NCBI GenBank assembly: GCA_036826635.1
Contig: DAISVY010000012.1
Coordinates: 9,170 to 73,169 of the forward strand
Reading direction: 5' to 3'
Length of the DNA stretch: 64,000 bases
Origin: Candidatus Zixiibacteriota bacterium
GTDB taxonomy: Bacteria > Zixibacteria > MSB-5A5 > GN15 > FEB-12
Positions 1-9,369 of this stretch are shown piece by piece. Every line of letters starts with the position of its first letter. The stretch's first letter is position 1. The notes beneath the pieces were generated by a model. That model saw nothing but the letters and a program-made list of their open reading frames with translations. It was not told the origin of the DNA and ran no database searches. Made by a program: the position numbers and the translations under genes.

Positions 1-446
1 CTAACCAGCCATTGCTCCGAGAGATCGACTTCAACTCCTTCCTTCAGCTTGATAAGACACTCGAGCGGACCGATAGTGGAAAATGCCCAGCAACTTCCGC
101 AGCCCCCCTGGTTTCGACAGGGTGGCAGAGTAGTGGAATCGCGCCAGTCGAATCGAGCCGGGAGATCTTCGACACTGGTGGTCATAGAAACAAACCGGGC
201 ACGACCACGCCAATCCGGCGGCTCAACCATACCACAAATCTGCTCAAGAGGATATTGCGTCGCCGGATTGCTGTTAACCGTGAATGTCCAGCCCTCTTCG
301 CGAGCCCTCTGCTGAAGAGCGGCAATATCGTCCGCACTCAACTGGGCATAACAAAGCGAAGCCGACAGACAAATGGCCACTACGAGCACAAACAGAATAC
401 CGACGGTGGAAAGCGTACAAGGACCGGATCCTCGCTGGTGTGACAC
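1..446 (-). CDS. Papain-like (C1 family) cysteine peptidase, N-terminal part; the gene runs off the left edge of the window
   Basis: My own minus-strand translation. It is absent from the ORF track because no stop codon lies in the window. GTG at 446-444 sits 6 nt after AAGGAG. The product begins VSHQRGSGPCTLSTVGILFVLVVAICLSASLCYAQ (signal-like hydrophobic stretch) and continues to PARFDWRDSTTLPPCRNQGGCGSCWAFSTIGPLE, the canonical DWR / NQGxCGSCWAFS active-site cysteine block of papain-family enzymes. Confidence 0.75.
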   Translation of the reverse strand, partial: MSHQRGSGPCTLSTVGILFVLVVAICLSASLCYAQLSADDIAALQQRAREEGWTFTVNSNPATQYPLEQICGMVEPPDWRGRARFVSMTTSVEDLPARFDWRDSTTLPPCRNQGGCGSCWAFSTIGPLECLIKLKEGVEVDLSEQWLV

Positions 447-811
447 GACAAGCTCCTTTCAAAACGCCGACGAGACGGAGACAAATCTTTTCGGAAGGAT
501 ACGCTAATTCACCATTCCCGTTGTGCCGTCACGGCTTGCTCCGGATGAACCGGCGTTGTCGCCCCCGAGACAGAAGAAAAAACAAGCCAACACCTTGAGC
601 CACGACGCAGTAACCACTCTGCATTCACCGCTTGCGGCGTGATTTGCCAGGCCTCAATATCTCCCCTGATGCGGCGAATCGCCAGGAGACGGCTCTTTTA
701 CGACGACCGCCACAATCAACGTGTCTGCTTATTATATCGGCCATAAAGACGTCCCGTGCTGTTCAATAATTGAACAGTGTCCTGCTCATACCAACGAACC
801 GGGGCGTTGTG

Positions 812-854
812 ACAAAAACAAGACCCGGTGGTAGCTGTTGGCCCCACCGGGTCT
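812..854 (-). terminator. Rho-independent terminator after the metallopeptidase gene
   Basis: An 11-bp perfect stem, AGACCCGGTGG (821-831) / CCACCGGGTCT (844-854), with a 12-nt loop. On the minus strand it is followed by TGTTTTTGT (820-812). It lies 32 nt downstream of the stop at 886. Confidence 0.65.
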
Positions 855-885
855 CGGACATTACCGCTATAGATTGGCGCGAAAC

Positions 886-3800
886 TTATTTCAACAACAC
901 CATTTTCCTGGTATCAGTGAACGTTCCCGCCTGAATTCGATACAGATAAACACCACTGGCATAAGAACCGGCATCCCACTCGACACGGTGGTAGCCGGCC
1001 GGAAGATTCTCATCCAGTAACGTGGCGACTTTCTGCCCCAGCACGTTAAACACATCCAGACGGACGTTCGCCGGCTCCGGCAGGCTGAATTGAATATCGG
1101 TAACCGGGTTGAACGGGTTGGGATAGTTCTGTTCAAGCGCGAAACGATCCGGGAGCAGTTCGGCCGCGAGTTCCTCGATATCCTCCGACTTGAACAACAC
1201 GTTGGGTGTTTCGAGCGGGATAACCCCCGCGGCTATGAGTTCATTCCGCGAAATTTTAAGAACGTTCTCGCATTGGGAGTAATCACCGCTCCGGTGCAAA
1301 CGCGAGAAGTACGTGATGGCCTGACTGACGGTAGCACCATCGGCGCTGACTTCGGTAAGCTGGCTGAGATAGCCGGCGGCGATATTGAGCATAGCGGTCA
1401 GGAGACCCCGTTGCGATTTAAGTTCGGTGCTGACCTCAGGCATAGTGACTTCAATACCGGGACGAGGATTACCGTCTATCAGCGTCGAGAAAACATTGAT
1501 GCACTTCAGAGCACGGGGTGAATCACCGACATAGGTCACGTCGCTAATACCGATGGCGTGCTCGTCTCCGCGATTGCAGAAACACTCGAAAATGGTCTGG
1601 CCATACTCGTCGATATCAGCCCCGGCCAGTCCCCCCGGAATCGACGCCCCGCCTTGGATCGCCATTAATTGGGTTCGCCACCAGGCCAGATCACGCGCCC
1701 GCTGGAGAGATTCATCCGAAAGACCAAAATGGGCTTCAACGGGCAGGCCATTGGCCACCACGTGAGTGACGGTGTCGGTATAGGCCGTGAACCCGGTCGG
1801 CACTTTCATCTTTACGTCGTACTCACCCTTGCTCAGAGGCTGTACCGAATAATAGCCATACTCATCGGTGAAAGTCGTGGCAAAGGGCTGACCCATATCG
1901 TCAATGACGTCGATACGTACGCCCCGGGCGCCGGTCAAGCTGGCGAAATCGGCGTTGACAAGATTATGCGGGCCATCGACCACCACGTAGCCCGAAAGAG
2001 CCGAGGTCTCGATACCCTTGGCCCCGACCACCAGCGCATAGGGATAATCTCCGGAAGGAACATCGACCGCCGCCACGACTATTTCCCATTCACCGGGCAT
2101 GGCAGCCGGGATGGAAACATGCATGGGTGGGCTGGTCGTCTGCCACTCACCGTAGAGATTGCCGAAGGGGTCGTAAAGAGCCAGATACAGCTCGCTGCCA
2201 CCCCAGTTGAGCAGAATCTCCAAGTCGTGGGCTATCTCTTCTATCTGCAAGGCGAAAGACGCCGTACCGCCGGGATTTATGGTGCGGAGATCCTCAAGAA
2301 TAGGTCCATACTCCTCCGGCAGCATAGCGGCTGTTTCTCTGAGCAAATCGACCACGACCAGGTCATCAATCAGCCAGTAATTACCCTCATCGTGAATGAG
2401 CACGTAAGCGATGTTGTCACCGGAGACAGTCATCGAGTTCATGGTGTTGGTCCAGAGATTGCCCGGCCCCTGATCGGAGTCGATCAGGTTGTCGGAAGCA
2501 TCGTAGGCCTCGATGTGGTGATTATTGTAGCTGCTGTAAAGAATACTGATCGACTTGGTCGTGGCACCGGTGAAGTTGATGCGGCCCCAACCCTGGTTGA
2601 CACCGAGCCAGGCGAAGAAATTCCCGTGGCAGTAATAGGCCCCGGTACCGTACGGATAGACGTTGTAATTCCCGGTTCGAATGTCGCCGTAGACCCAGTC
2701 GTACCCGGCGGTGGTGATGAATTGCATACCGGGGATAGTGCTGGCGATAACGTGACCGTCGACCCCGTCCTCAAAATCCATCATGGCGATGTCACCGGAA
2801 ATGAGCAAATCAAAAGTCAGCGGACCGGTCAACAACTGCGCACCGACCAGACCCGGATAACCGTTGTACCATAGTTCCGCCCGATACTTGTAGATTCCTG
2901 CGACATAATCGTGAGCCAGGGAACTTTGACTAAGTATATAATCGGCGGTAAAAGTACGAGTCGCTGAAGCATCCAGTTTGCCTCCCTGAAGGGCACCGAA
3001 ATCGATATCACCAGCCACCAGAGGTGTAACTGTCCGTTCTACCAGTTCATTCGCCGATGTCAATATCTTAACAACCAGGAACGGATAGAAAAGATTGGAC
3101 GACGACGGGTTTTGCACATCGGCCGTAATAGATATGTGGTCGCCTACGGAAGCCGTTTTCGGATTAATATTGTTGGGGAAATTCGCAGACGGTTCTTCGG
3201 AGCGTTTCACAACTGATATCGTGTATTGCCCATTGGCCGTAGCTTGCCCTTTACGACGAATGACAAAAGTACAGTTATCCATAAGACCGCTGATGTACGT
3301 GTGGCGTCCGCCCACGCGCGGATTACCGGAAGCTGTATTGATACGCCACAGGTCATTATCGTGCAGCAGTATCACCGTGGAGTCGCTGTTCGGATCAACC
3401 CACACCTCGGACTCCAGAGTAAATCCGGAACTTAAATAGGATGTCCGAACGTAGTTTGCCGCCCAGGCGTTTTCAACCGGCGACGGAGCGGTGGTGCCTC
3501 CCCCGATTATGACCGGCGAGCCCCCGACCGGGATCAGTGTCTCGGAGTATTCCGGCTCGACCTCGATATCAATGTGATCGTATTGATACAGCGAATTGAT
3601 ATTGTCATCGTCGAGGTAGTTGGCAACAGTCCAGTTATCGAAGACAGTTTCGAAATTCGCGCTCTGCCCAATGTCCGAAAGAGCCTGGTTGATCCCGCCA
3701 ATGCCGTTACTGTTTTCGTGGAAAATCGCCGCTACCGTGGCTTGGCCACCATATTTCTCATGTATATACAAAAAGAAAGTGAAAGTGCACCCATACAGTC

Positions 3801-4632
3801 GCAGATTGGCCGTAAGATCGGCAGAGTATGCTGTCCAGGTAAGATTAACATCCGGATGCGATTCAAAATAGGGAACCTTATCATGCCCGAAGTCATCGCC
3901 GAACACCAGAAACTCGGCATACTGCGCGATGCCTTCCTTTACCCAAAGATCGTCGTCAGGATCTTCGGTTACTTCGAGCATATGACAGAACTCATGAGCC
4001 GTCGTGCTCTTCACATCATCATCGTCGGCCGTAACGTTCACATACACGACGTCTATGTCATTGCTGTTGGGATCGCTTGAGCTTTGATCGATTGGATTGA
4101 AATAGCCCAACACCGAACCTTGCAAGTCCGCGAGGAAAATAAGTACTCTCTCGTATCCGTCATGATCGGGTGGTGTACCAAGATTGTTTGGCCCTGAAAC
4201 TTCCACCTGGTAGATCAACCCGAGGGCCTCCCGCAATCGATTCTGTCGAGTTTCACTGAAACTCTCACCATCCTCAAGATACACTGCAAAGTGATCCGTC
4301 ATAAACAGCCGGTCGAAATCGGCCTGGTAATACGTGTCGGTGTCAAAATTGTACAGCCACTGGTCATCCAAATTTCCCGGGGGATCGGCCAGTATTTTCG
4401 TCTCAGCCGGTTCGTATACGAAATCTTCCGGCCATCCGAGCATCGGAGTACCGCATACTTTCACGGATACCGGTCTCGCTTCTGTAACAGACCGATTCGT
4501 GTCGCCCTGGTCTCGGGTCTCGACCTCCATCCCGAGTGCGGAACCGACGATCAATGACATAACCAGACCCAGAACAAGAGTACTGATGATGGCAATAGGC
4601 AAGGTGTGTTTGGTACTTTGGCGTTTCTTCAT
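886..4632 (-). CDS. Secreted multidomain zinc metallopeptidase (HExxH...E, gluzincin-like) with a T9SS type-A C-terminal sorting domain
   Basis: 1248-aa ORF; ATG at 4632 preceded by GGAGGGGAG. N-terminal hydrophobic signal/anchor (IAIISTLVLGLVMSLIVGSALG). HEFCH at nt 3996-3982, with EGIAQYAE 16 residues after the second His. A carboxypeptidase-regulatory-like stretch (GYVVVDG...YGYYSV...GEYDVKM). The last 80 aa (nt 889-1128), LEQNYPNPFNPVTDIQFSLP...SGVYLYRIQAG...KMVLLK, match the Por/T9SS sorting-domain pattern. Confidence 0.8.
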   Translation of the reverse strand: MKKRQSTKHTLPIAIISTLVLGLVMSLIVGSALGMEVETRDQGDTNRSVTEARPVSVKVCGTPMLGWPEDFVYEPAETKILADPPGNLDDQWLYNFDTDTYYQADFDRLFMTDHFAVYLEDGESFSETRQNRLREALGLIYQVEVSGPNNLGTPPDHDGYERVLIFLADLQGSVLGYFNPIDQSSSDPNSNDIDVVYVNVTADDDDVKSTTAHEFCHMLEVTEDPDDDLWVKEGIAQYAEFLVFGDDFGHDKVPYFESHPDVNLTWTAYSADLTANLRLYGCTFTFFLYIHEKYGGQATVAAIFHENSNGIGGINQALSDIGQSANFETVFDNWTVANYLDDDNINSLYQYDHIDIEVEPEYSETLIPVGGSPVIIGGGTTAPSPVENAWAANYVRTSYLSSGFTLESEVWVDPNSDSTVILLHDNDLWRINTASGNPRVGGRHTYISGLMDNCTFVIRRKGQATANGQYTISVVKRSEEPSANFPNNINPKTASVGDHISITADVQNPSSSNLFYPFLVVKILTSANELVERTVTPLVAGDIDFGALQGGKLDASATRTFTADYILSQSSLAHDYVAGIYKYRAELWYNGYPGLVGAQLLTGPLTFDLLISGDIAMMDFEDGVDGHVIASTIPGMQFITTAGYDWVYGDIRTGNYNVYPYGTGAYYCHGNFFAWLGVNQGWGRINFTGATTKSISILYSSYNNHHIEAYDASDNLIDSDQGPGNLWTNTMNSMTVSGDNIAYVLIHDEGNYWLIDDLVVVDLLRETAAMLPEEYGPILEDLRTINPGGTASFALQIEEIAHDLEILLNWGGSELYLALYDPFGNLYGEWQTTSPPMHVSIPAAMPGEWEIVVAAVDVPSGDYPYALVVGAKGIETSALSGYVVVDGPHNLVNADFASLTGARGVRIDVIDDMGQPFATTFTDEYGYYSVQPLSKGEYDVKMKVPTGFTAYTDTVTHVVANGLPVEAHFGLSDESLQRARDLAWWRTQLMAIQGGASIPGGLAGADIDEYGQTIFECFCNRGDEHAIGISDVTYVGDSPRALKCINVFSTLIDGNPRPGIEVTMPEVSTELKSQRGLLTAMLNIAAGYLSQLTEVSADGATVSQAITYFSRLHRSGDYSQCENVLKISRNELIAAGVIPLETPNVLFKSEDIEELAAELLPDRFALEQNYPNPFNPVTDIQFSLPEPANVRLDVFNVLGQKVATLLDENLPAGYHRVEWDAGSYASGVYLYRIQAGTFTDTRKMVLLK

Positions 4633-4941
4633 ACTCCCCTCCGAATTGATATGTGTTGGTTACCCCACCCTCGTCACCGCGAACGGAGATGGGCCGCATG
4701 TATGACGTATATGGTCTGAATTGAACGGATTAACACAATCCGATTGTGAATTACCCGATTCGTCCATTACCGCCAGCAAACCTGCCACCGACCAATCCGC
4801 AGAAATCAAAACAGATACCACCACCGGTCGGCGGTTAACCTACAGTCCAAGTTGCATTTTACACATGTAATCCAGCCCGGGAATCCGGGTGTGCTCACTG
4901 AATTATCGCCAATATACCCGAAGTCTACTTACAAATCAAGC

Positions 4942-4960
4942 CAAAAACCCGTGCCGGGTG
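4942..4960 (-). terminator. Weak candidate terminator after dpaL
   Basis: On the minus strand, ACCCG-GCA-CGGGT (5-bp stem, 3-nt loop) followed by TTTTT, about 50 nt downstream of the stop at 5010. The stem is short. Confidence 0.3.
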
Positions 4961-5009
4961 CGGCTTAACGCTTTTTTCACACCCCCGCGGGGAATCAAGT
5001 TCTCTCGGG

Positions 5010-6191
5010 TCAGGTGCGGAGTTTTATGATGTTTTTGAAGCTCGTCGGGTCGGTATCGCCTTCCGTATTCAACAGAAGAACGGTTGAATCACGGCCAAGT
5101 CCAAGTTGCTCACGAGCTTCCCGCAGACGGGGTAGTTCGCACAGCGCCAACAACGCCCCCAAACCGGCCGCCCCGGATTCACCCGACACGATGCGGGGAT
5201 CATCCCCCCCGGGATAATAGTAAGCCCGAATCGCCTGACGACAGAAATCATCGGAGATACTCACAAAAAAATCAAAACCCGCTCTGATCAGAGGCCAGGC
5301 CACCGGCGAGGGCGTTCCGCAATTGAGCCCGGCCATGATGGAGTCCAGACGGCCATGAAAAACATGTGGCTGTCCGTCGACCGAACGAGCGGATTCCAGC
5401 AGACAAGCCGCTTCGGTCGGTTCAACTGACACAAGTTTCACGCGATGGGACCGACCGAAAGAATTGTAATACCATGAAGCGGCGGCAGCCAATGCCCCCA
5501 CCCCGCCCGGGACAAAAACGACGTCAATATCCGAACAAAGCGATGCGATATCGTCAATCTCCCGAAACAAAGTCGTATAACCGGCCATGATCCAACGAGG
5601 GATTTTTTCATATCCCGGCCATGAAGTATCCGAAATAATTTGCCAACCGTTCTTCCCCGCCTCAGCCGCCGCCAAGGCCACGGCTCGGTCATAATCGCCG
5701 TCGGCTATCACCACTCTGGCGCCTTCGGCTCGGATGCTCTCAACGCGGTCCGGGACTGAACCGGCGGGCATATAAATAACGGCGCGCTGCTTTAGCTTTC
5801 GAGCAATCCAGGCAACACCTCGACCATGGTTACCGTCGGTAGCGGTACAGAACGTCAGTTCATTTTCGGACAGGGTGTCACCCCCGCTGTAAAATAATGT
5901 GGCCGCCGGCAGCTCTTTGCCCCGGAACGCCCGAACAAAGCGATAAACAGCATACGACGCCCCCAGCGCCTTGAACGCCTTCAGACCGAAACGATGACTT
6001 TCGTCCTTGACCAACAGGCACCCGATCCCGAGACGGTCGGCCAGTGACGGCAATGATATCAGTGGAGTCGGCGCATATTCGGGCAAGGAGCGATGCAGTT
6101 CAAGCACATCACCGGCCCGGAAAACACGGCGGGAAGATTCGTCCCAATCGGGATTTATCTGCCGATAGCGGTTGAAACAATACTGGCACAT
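5010..6191 (-). CDS. dpaL: Diaminopropionate ammonia-lyase (PLP-dependent)
   Basis: Blocks I recognise from E. coli YgeX/DpaL: KDESHRFGLKAFKALG, TATDGNHGRGVAW, SWPGYEKIPRWIMAGY, SGESGAAGLGAL, NTEGDTD. I chose the ATG at 6191 (GGAAGG 7 nt upstream). The ORF-track start at 6206 is a GTG five codons further up. Confidence 0.85.
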   Translation of the reverse strand: MCQYCFNRYRQINPDWDESSRRVFRAGDVLELHRSLPEYAPTPLISLPSLADRLGIGCLLVKDESHRFGLKAFKALGASYAVYRFVRAFRGKELPAATLFYSGGDTLSENELTFCTATDGNHGRGVAWIARKLKQRAVIYMPAGSVPDRVESIRAEGARVVIADGDYDRAVALAAAEAGKNGWQIISDTSWPGYEKIPRWIMAGYTTLFREIDDIASLCSDIDVVFVPGGVGALAAAASWYYNSFGRSHRVKLVSVEPTEAACLLESARSVDGQPHVFHGRLDSIMAGLNCGTPSPVAWPLIRAGFDFFVSISDDFCRQAIRAYYYPGGDDPRIVSGESGAAGLGALLALCELPRLREAREQLGLGRDSTVLLLNTEGDTDPTSFKNIIKLRT

Positions 6192-6343
6192 GACCGGGCC
6201 TTCCACGGACTAACGCGAAGATTTATATACCGTCAACTTACGCAACAATCCCCCGACGGGAAAGAGCCTTGTTCAAATGACGTTGACTCCGAGCGTCCGA
6301 AGGGTTAGTATCCGACATAACACTGATGACTTGGGAGGCGATA

Positions 6344-7918
6344 ATGACATCTATCAGAGTGACCGTAATTCTCCTGGCGCTGGCCGCACTCGCAATCTTC
6401 GGGTGGAACTGTTCTCCGACATCGGATTATCCGCCGGACGTAGCGGCCGCACTCAAGAAGGCCGGGGGTAACCGCAAGGAGCTTAAAAAAGTCCTTACTC
6501 ATTACGTCTCACAAGGCGATACGCTGAAACTCAAGGCGGCCTTTTACCTGATCGGCAACATGGAAGACCACTGCTACGTTACCTACGCTTTACAGGACAG
6601 CAGCGGCCAGGAGTTACCGTTCAACATCCTTGACTATCCCGATTTCGACTCGCTACTGGCCGCCGTGGACAGTCTGGAAAAACAGTACGGCGAAATCGAT
6701 TTCGAACGCAAGGTCAGAGTGAACGACTTGGACAGCATCACGGCAGATTACCTGATAGAGCAGATCGACTACGCTTTTCGAGCCTGGCGCGAGAGACCCT
6801 GGGCACGGCAGACCTCTTTCGAATGTTTCTGCGACTATGTTCTCCCTTACCGGGGAAGCAACGAACCGCTGGAATCATGGCGAAGCATCTTCTGGGATAA
6901 ATATAACGGAATCGTCGATAGTATGGTCGACTCTCTTGATCCCATGGAGGCGGCGCGGCTGATCAACAATGACGTGCGCTCGTGGTTCAAATTCGACCGC
7001 CGGTATTATTTCCACCCGACCGACCAGGGCGCGTCGGAAATGATGAAGACCCACATGGGACGTTGCGAGGACATGACCAACCTGACCATCTATGCCCTGC
7101 GGGCCAACGGTCTGGCGGTGACAAGCGACTACACGCCTCATTGGGCCAACGCCGGTAACAACCACGCCTGGAATGCTATCATCACCCCCGAAGATAAAGC
7201 CGTACCTTTCATGGGGGCGGAGGCCAACCCCGGCGAGTATCAACTGCGATACAAGATGGCCAAAGCCTATCGCAAAATGTTCGGAAAACAAAAAGAAAAC
7301 CTCGCTTTTCAGGACAACAAACAGGAGAAGACACCGGCCTGGCTGTCCGGGAAAAGCTACCGGGACGTAACCGCGGATTATGTCGACGCCCGCGACGTGA
7401 CGGTTGAATTCGATAAGCCGGTTCCCGATTCGGTCAACATAGCTTACCTGTGCGTTTTCAATTCGGGTAAGTGGCGGGCCATCCACTGGGGCAGAATCAA
7501 AGACAACCGGGCCGTTTTCAGTGATATGGGTCCGGATATCGCGTACCTTCCGGCCCTGTACCTGAACGAGGAAATCGTCCCCTGGGGTGCACCGTTCATA
7601 CTCGATGGCGACGGTCAGACACACCCCCTCCGCGCGGATACGACCAACACGACATCGGGGCGTCTGACTTCCATCACCCAGCCGGAACAGGCCAGCTCCA
7701 CCGACGGAGTGAAAGAAGTATTGCTCACCGATAGCGTGGAATACGAATTGTCGTACTGGAACGACAGTTGGTGCCCGATTGGCAAAGCCGTGGTCAAGAA
7801 CGGACACCTCAAATTCGAAAACATACCGGTCGGCGGCCTATACTGGCTGGTAGCGGTCGACGGTGACCAGGAAGAGCGGATTTTCACGCTGGACAACAAC
7901 CGCCAGGTCTGGTGGTAA
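6344..7918 (+). CDS. Transglutaminase-like (Cys-His-Asp core) lipoprotein
   Basis: MGRCEDMTNLTIYALRANGL...NHAWNAI resembles the transglutaminase-core Cys and His blocks. The ATG at 6344 has GGGAGG 5 nt upstream and gives MTSIRVTVILLALAALAIFGWNC, a lipoprotein-like signal ending in Cys. The track start at 6326 is an alternative. Confidence 0.65.
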   Translation: MTSIRVTVILLALAALAIFGWNCSPTSDYPPDVAAALKKAGGNRKELKKVLTHYVSQGDTLKLKAAFYLIGNMEDHCYVTYALQDSSGQELPFNILDYPDFDSLLAAVDSLEKQYGEIDFERKVRVNDLDSITADYLIEQIDYAFRAWRERPWARQTSFECFCDYVLPYRGSNEPLESWRSIFWDKYNGIVDSMVDSLDPMEAARLINNDVRSWFKFDRRYYFHPTDQGASEMMKTHMGRCEDMTNLTIYALRANGLAVTSDYTPHWANAGNNHAWNAIITPEDKAVPFMGAEANPGEYQLRYKMAKAYRKMFGKQKENLAFQDNKQEKTPAWLSGKSYRDVTADYVDARDVTVEFDKPVPDSVNIAYLCVFNSGKWRAIHWGRIKDNRAVFSDMGPDIAYLPALYLNEEIVPWGAPFILDGDGQTHPLRADTTNTTSGRLTSITQPEQASSTDGVKEVLLTDSVEYELSYWNDSWCPIGKAVVKNGHLKFENIPVGGLYWLVAVDGDQEERIFTLDNNRQVWW

Positions 7919-9162
7919 TGACCACTCGCTCGGTGATCGTGGTCGGCGCCGGGGCGGCCGGTCTGATGGCTGCGGGAAGTGCTGTCCGGGCAGGCGGTGA
8001 AGTTATCCTGCTGGAGAAAACAAACCGGCCTGCCCGCAAGCTTACCATCACCGGAAAAGGTCGTTGCAACCTTACCAATGTTGCACCTCTGACCGAATTC
8101 ATCGGTCATTTCGGGGACAACGGCAAATTCCTCCGCCAGGCCCTAACACATTTCTTCAGTCATGACCTGGTATCTTTTCTGGGGGAATTAGGACTGGAAA
8201 CCATTACCGAAAGAGGCGGTCGGGTTTTTCCCGCCAGCGAACGCGCCGAGGACGTAACCGAAACACTCATGCAATGGGTACGTGCCGAAGGTGTCCGGAT
8301 CAAAACAGGCCGAGGTGTCGGGAAACTCGTCGTCGAAGAAAACCGGATACGCGGTGTAACCGATACAACCGGGGCCTTCCTGCCGGCCGATGCGGTAATA
8401 GTTGCCACCGGAGGCGCATCGTATCCGGCCACGGGATCGACCGGCGACGGCTACCGCATGGCACATGAAGTCGGCCACTCCGTGGTTCCGATCCGTCCGG
8501 CTCTGGTCCCGGTCAATACCGAAGGGGATATCGCAGCTCGATTGCAGGGACTCAGCCTGCGCAATGTCACCGCCCGGATTATAATCGACGGCAGAAAAAA
8601 GGCCGAGGCTTTCGGTGAAATGCTCTTCACGCATTTCGGTCTCTCCGGCCCGATCATCCTCACGCTGAGTCGTGTCATGGTTGATGCCCTGCGTTCGGGA
8701 TTGCCGGTGGCGGTATCGCTCGATCTCAAACCGGCCCTGAATGAAGAGAAACTCGACGCCCGGCTTCTTCGCGATTTCAGCACTCACGGAAGTCGTCAAT
8801 TTCATACCCTTCTTAAAGACCTGCTGCCAAGCAAACTGATTCCCGTATGTCTCGATTTGATCGGCATAACCCCCGACCAAACCGCCAGTCAGATAACAGC
8901 GAGCGAGCGTCGACAATTGCGGCAATGGCTGAAGGATTTCCGTCTCAACGTAATTTCACACCGATCTTTCGACGAAGCCATCATTACGGCCGGGGGCGTA
9001 TCGCTTAAAGAAGTCGATCCGCGCACGATGCAGTCGCGCCTCGTTCGAGACCTGTATTTCGCGGGGGAAGTTCTGGATATTGACGGCGACACCGGCGGTT
9101 ACAATCTTCAGGCCGCTTTTTCGACCGGCTGGCTGGCCGGTCAATCGGCGGGAGCAGGTTGA
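7918..9162 (+). CDS. HI0933/BaiN-family NAD(P)/FAD-dependent oxidoreductase
   Basis: VIVVGAGAAGLMAAG dinucleotide-binding motif, TGKGRCNLTN, and the C-terminal GDTGGYNLQAAFSTG block typical of the HI0933-like family. The ATG overlaps the upstream stop (TAATG). The track start at 7912 is a GTG two codons upstream. Confidence 0.8.
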   Translation: MTTRSVIVVGAGAAGLMAAGSAVRAGGEVILLEKTNRPARKLTITGKGRCNLTNVAPLTEFIGHFGDNGKFLRQALTHFFSHDLVSFLGELGLETITERGGRVFPASERAEDVTETLMQWVRAEGVRIKTGRGVGKLVVEENRIRGVTDTTGAFLPADAVIVATGGASYPATGSTGDGYRMAHEVGHSVVPIRPALVPVNTEGDIAARLQGLSLRNVTARIIIDGRKKAEAFGEMLFTHFGLSGPIILTLSRVMVDALRSGLPVAVSLDLKPALNEEKLDARLLRDFSTHGSRQFHTLLKDLLPSKLIPVCLDLIGITPDQTASQITASERRQLRQWLKDFRLNVISHRSFDEAIITAGGVSLKEVDPRTMQSRLVRDLYFAGEVLDIDGDTGGYNLQAAFSTGWLAGQSAGAG

Positions 9163-9264
9163 AACGCGTCCGGGAGAACTTATACCACCTTTCCCGGAAC
9201 AGCTCATCGAACCGACGGCCATCAATCCGACTAACATCGTAAAAAAAGTCCGCCAAAAAACGGG

Positions 9265-9293
9265 TTGCCGCGACGGCGACAGATGGTTATATA
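9265..9293 (+). promoter_or_regulatory. Candidate sigma70-like promoter for the ior-buk-ptb operon
   Basis: TTGCCG, then 17 nt, then TATATA, ending 77 nt upstream of the iorA ATG. Pattern match only, and promoter consensus in this lineage is unknown. Confidence 0.3.
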
Positions 9294-9369
9294 CGATAAA
9301 TAACCTGCACCTCCTTTGAGGTGTATCAAAAAGATACTTGGACTATGTTTTAACACGTTGTGAGTTAAC

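Noticed and set aside
12-443. 143-aa plus-strand ORF, and the 62-aa minus ORF at 274-462, at the left edge
   Set aside because: Their composition is not protein-like (Arg/Thr/Gly-rich, no motifs). A different minus-strand frame over the same DNA encodes a textbook papain-family active site with an RBS and a signal peptide.
1669-2874. 401-aa plus-strand ORF inside the metallopeptidase gene
   Set aside because: It is an antisense shadow ORF of a GC-rich gene. It is Arg/Gly/His-rich with no recognisable motif, and it is fully contained in a minus-strand ORF that has clear protease and sorting-domain signatures.
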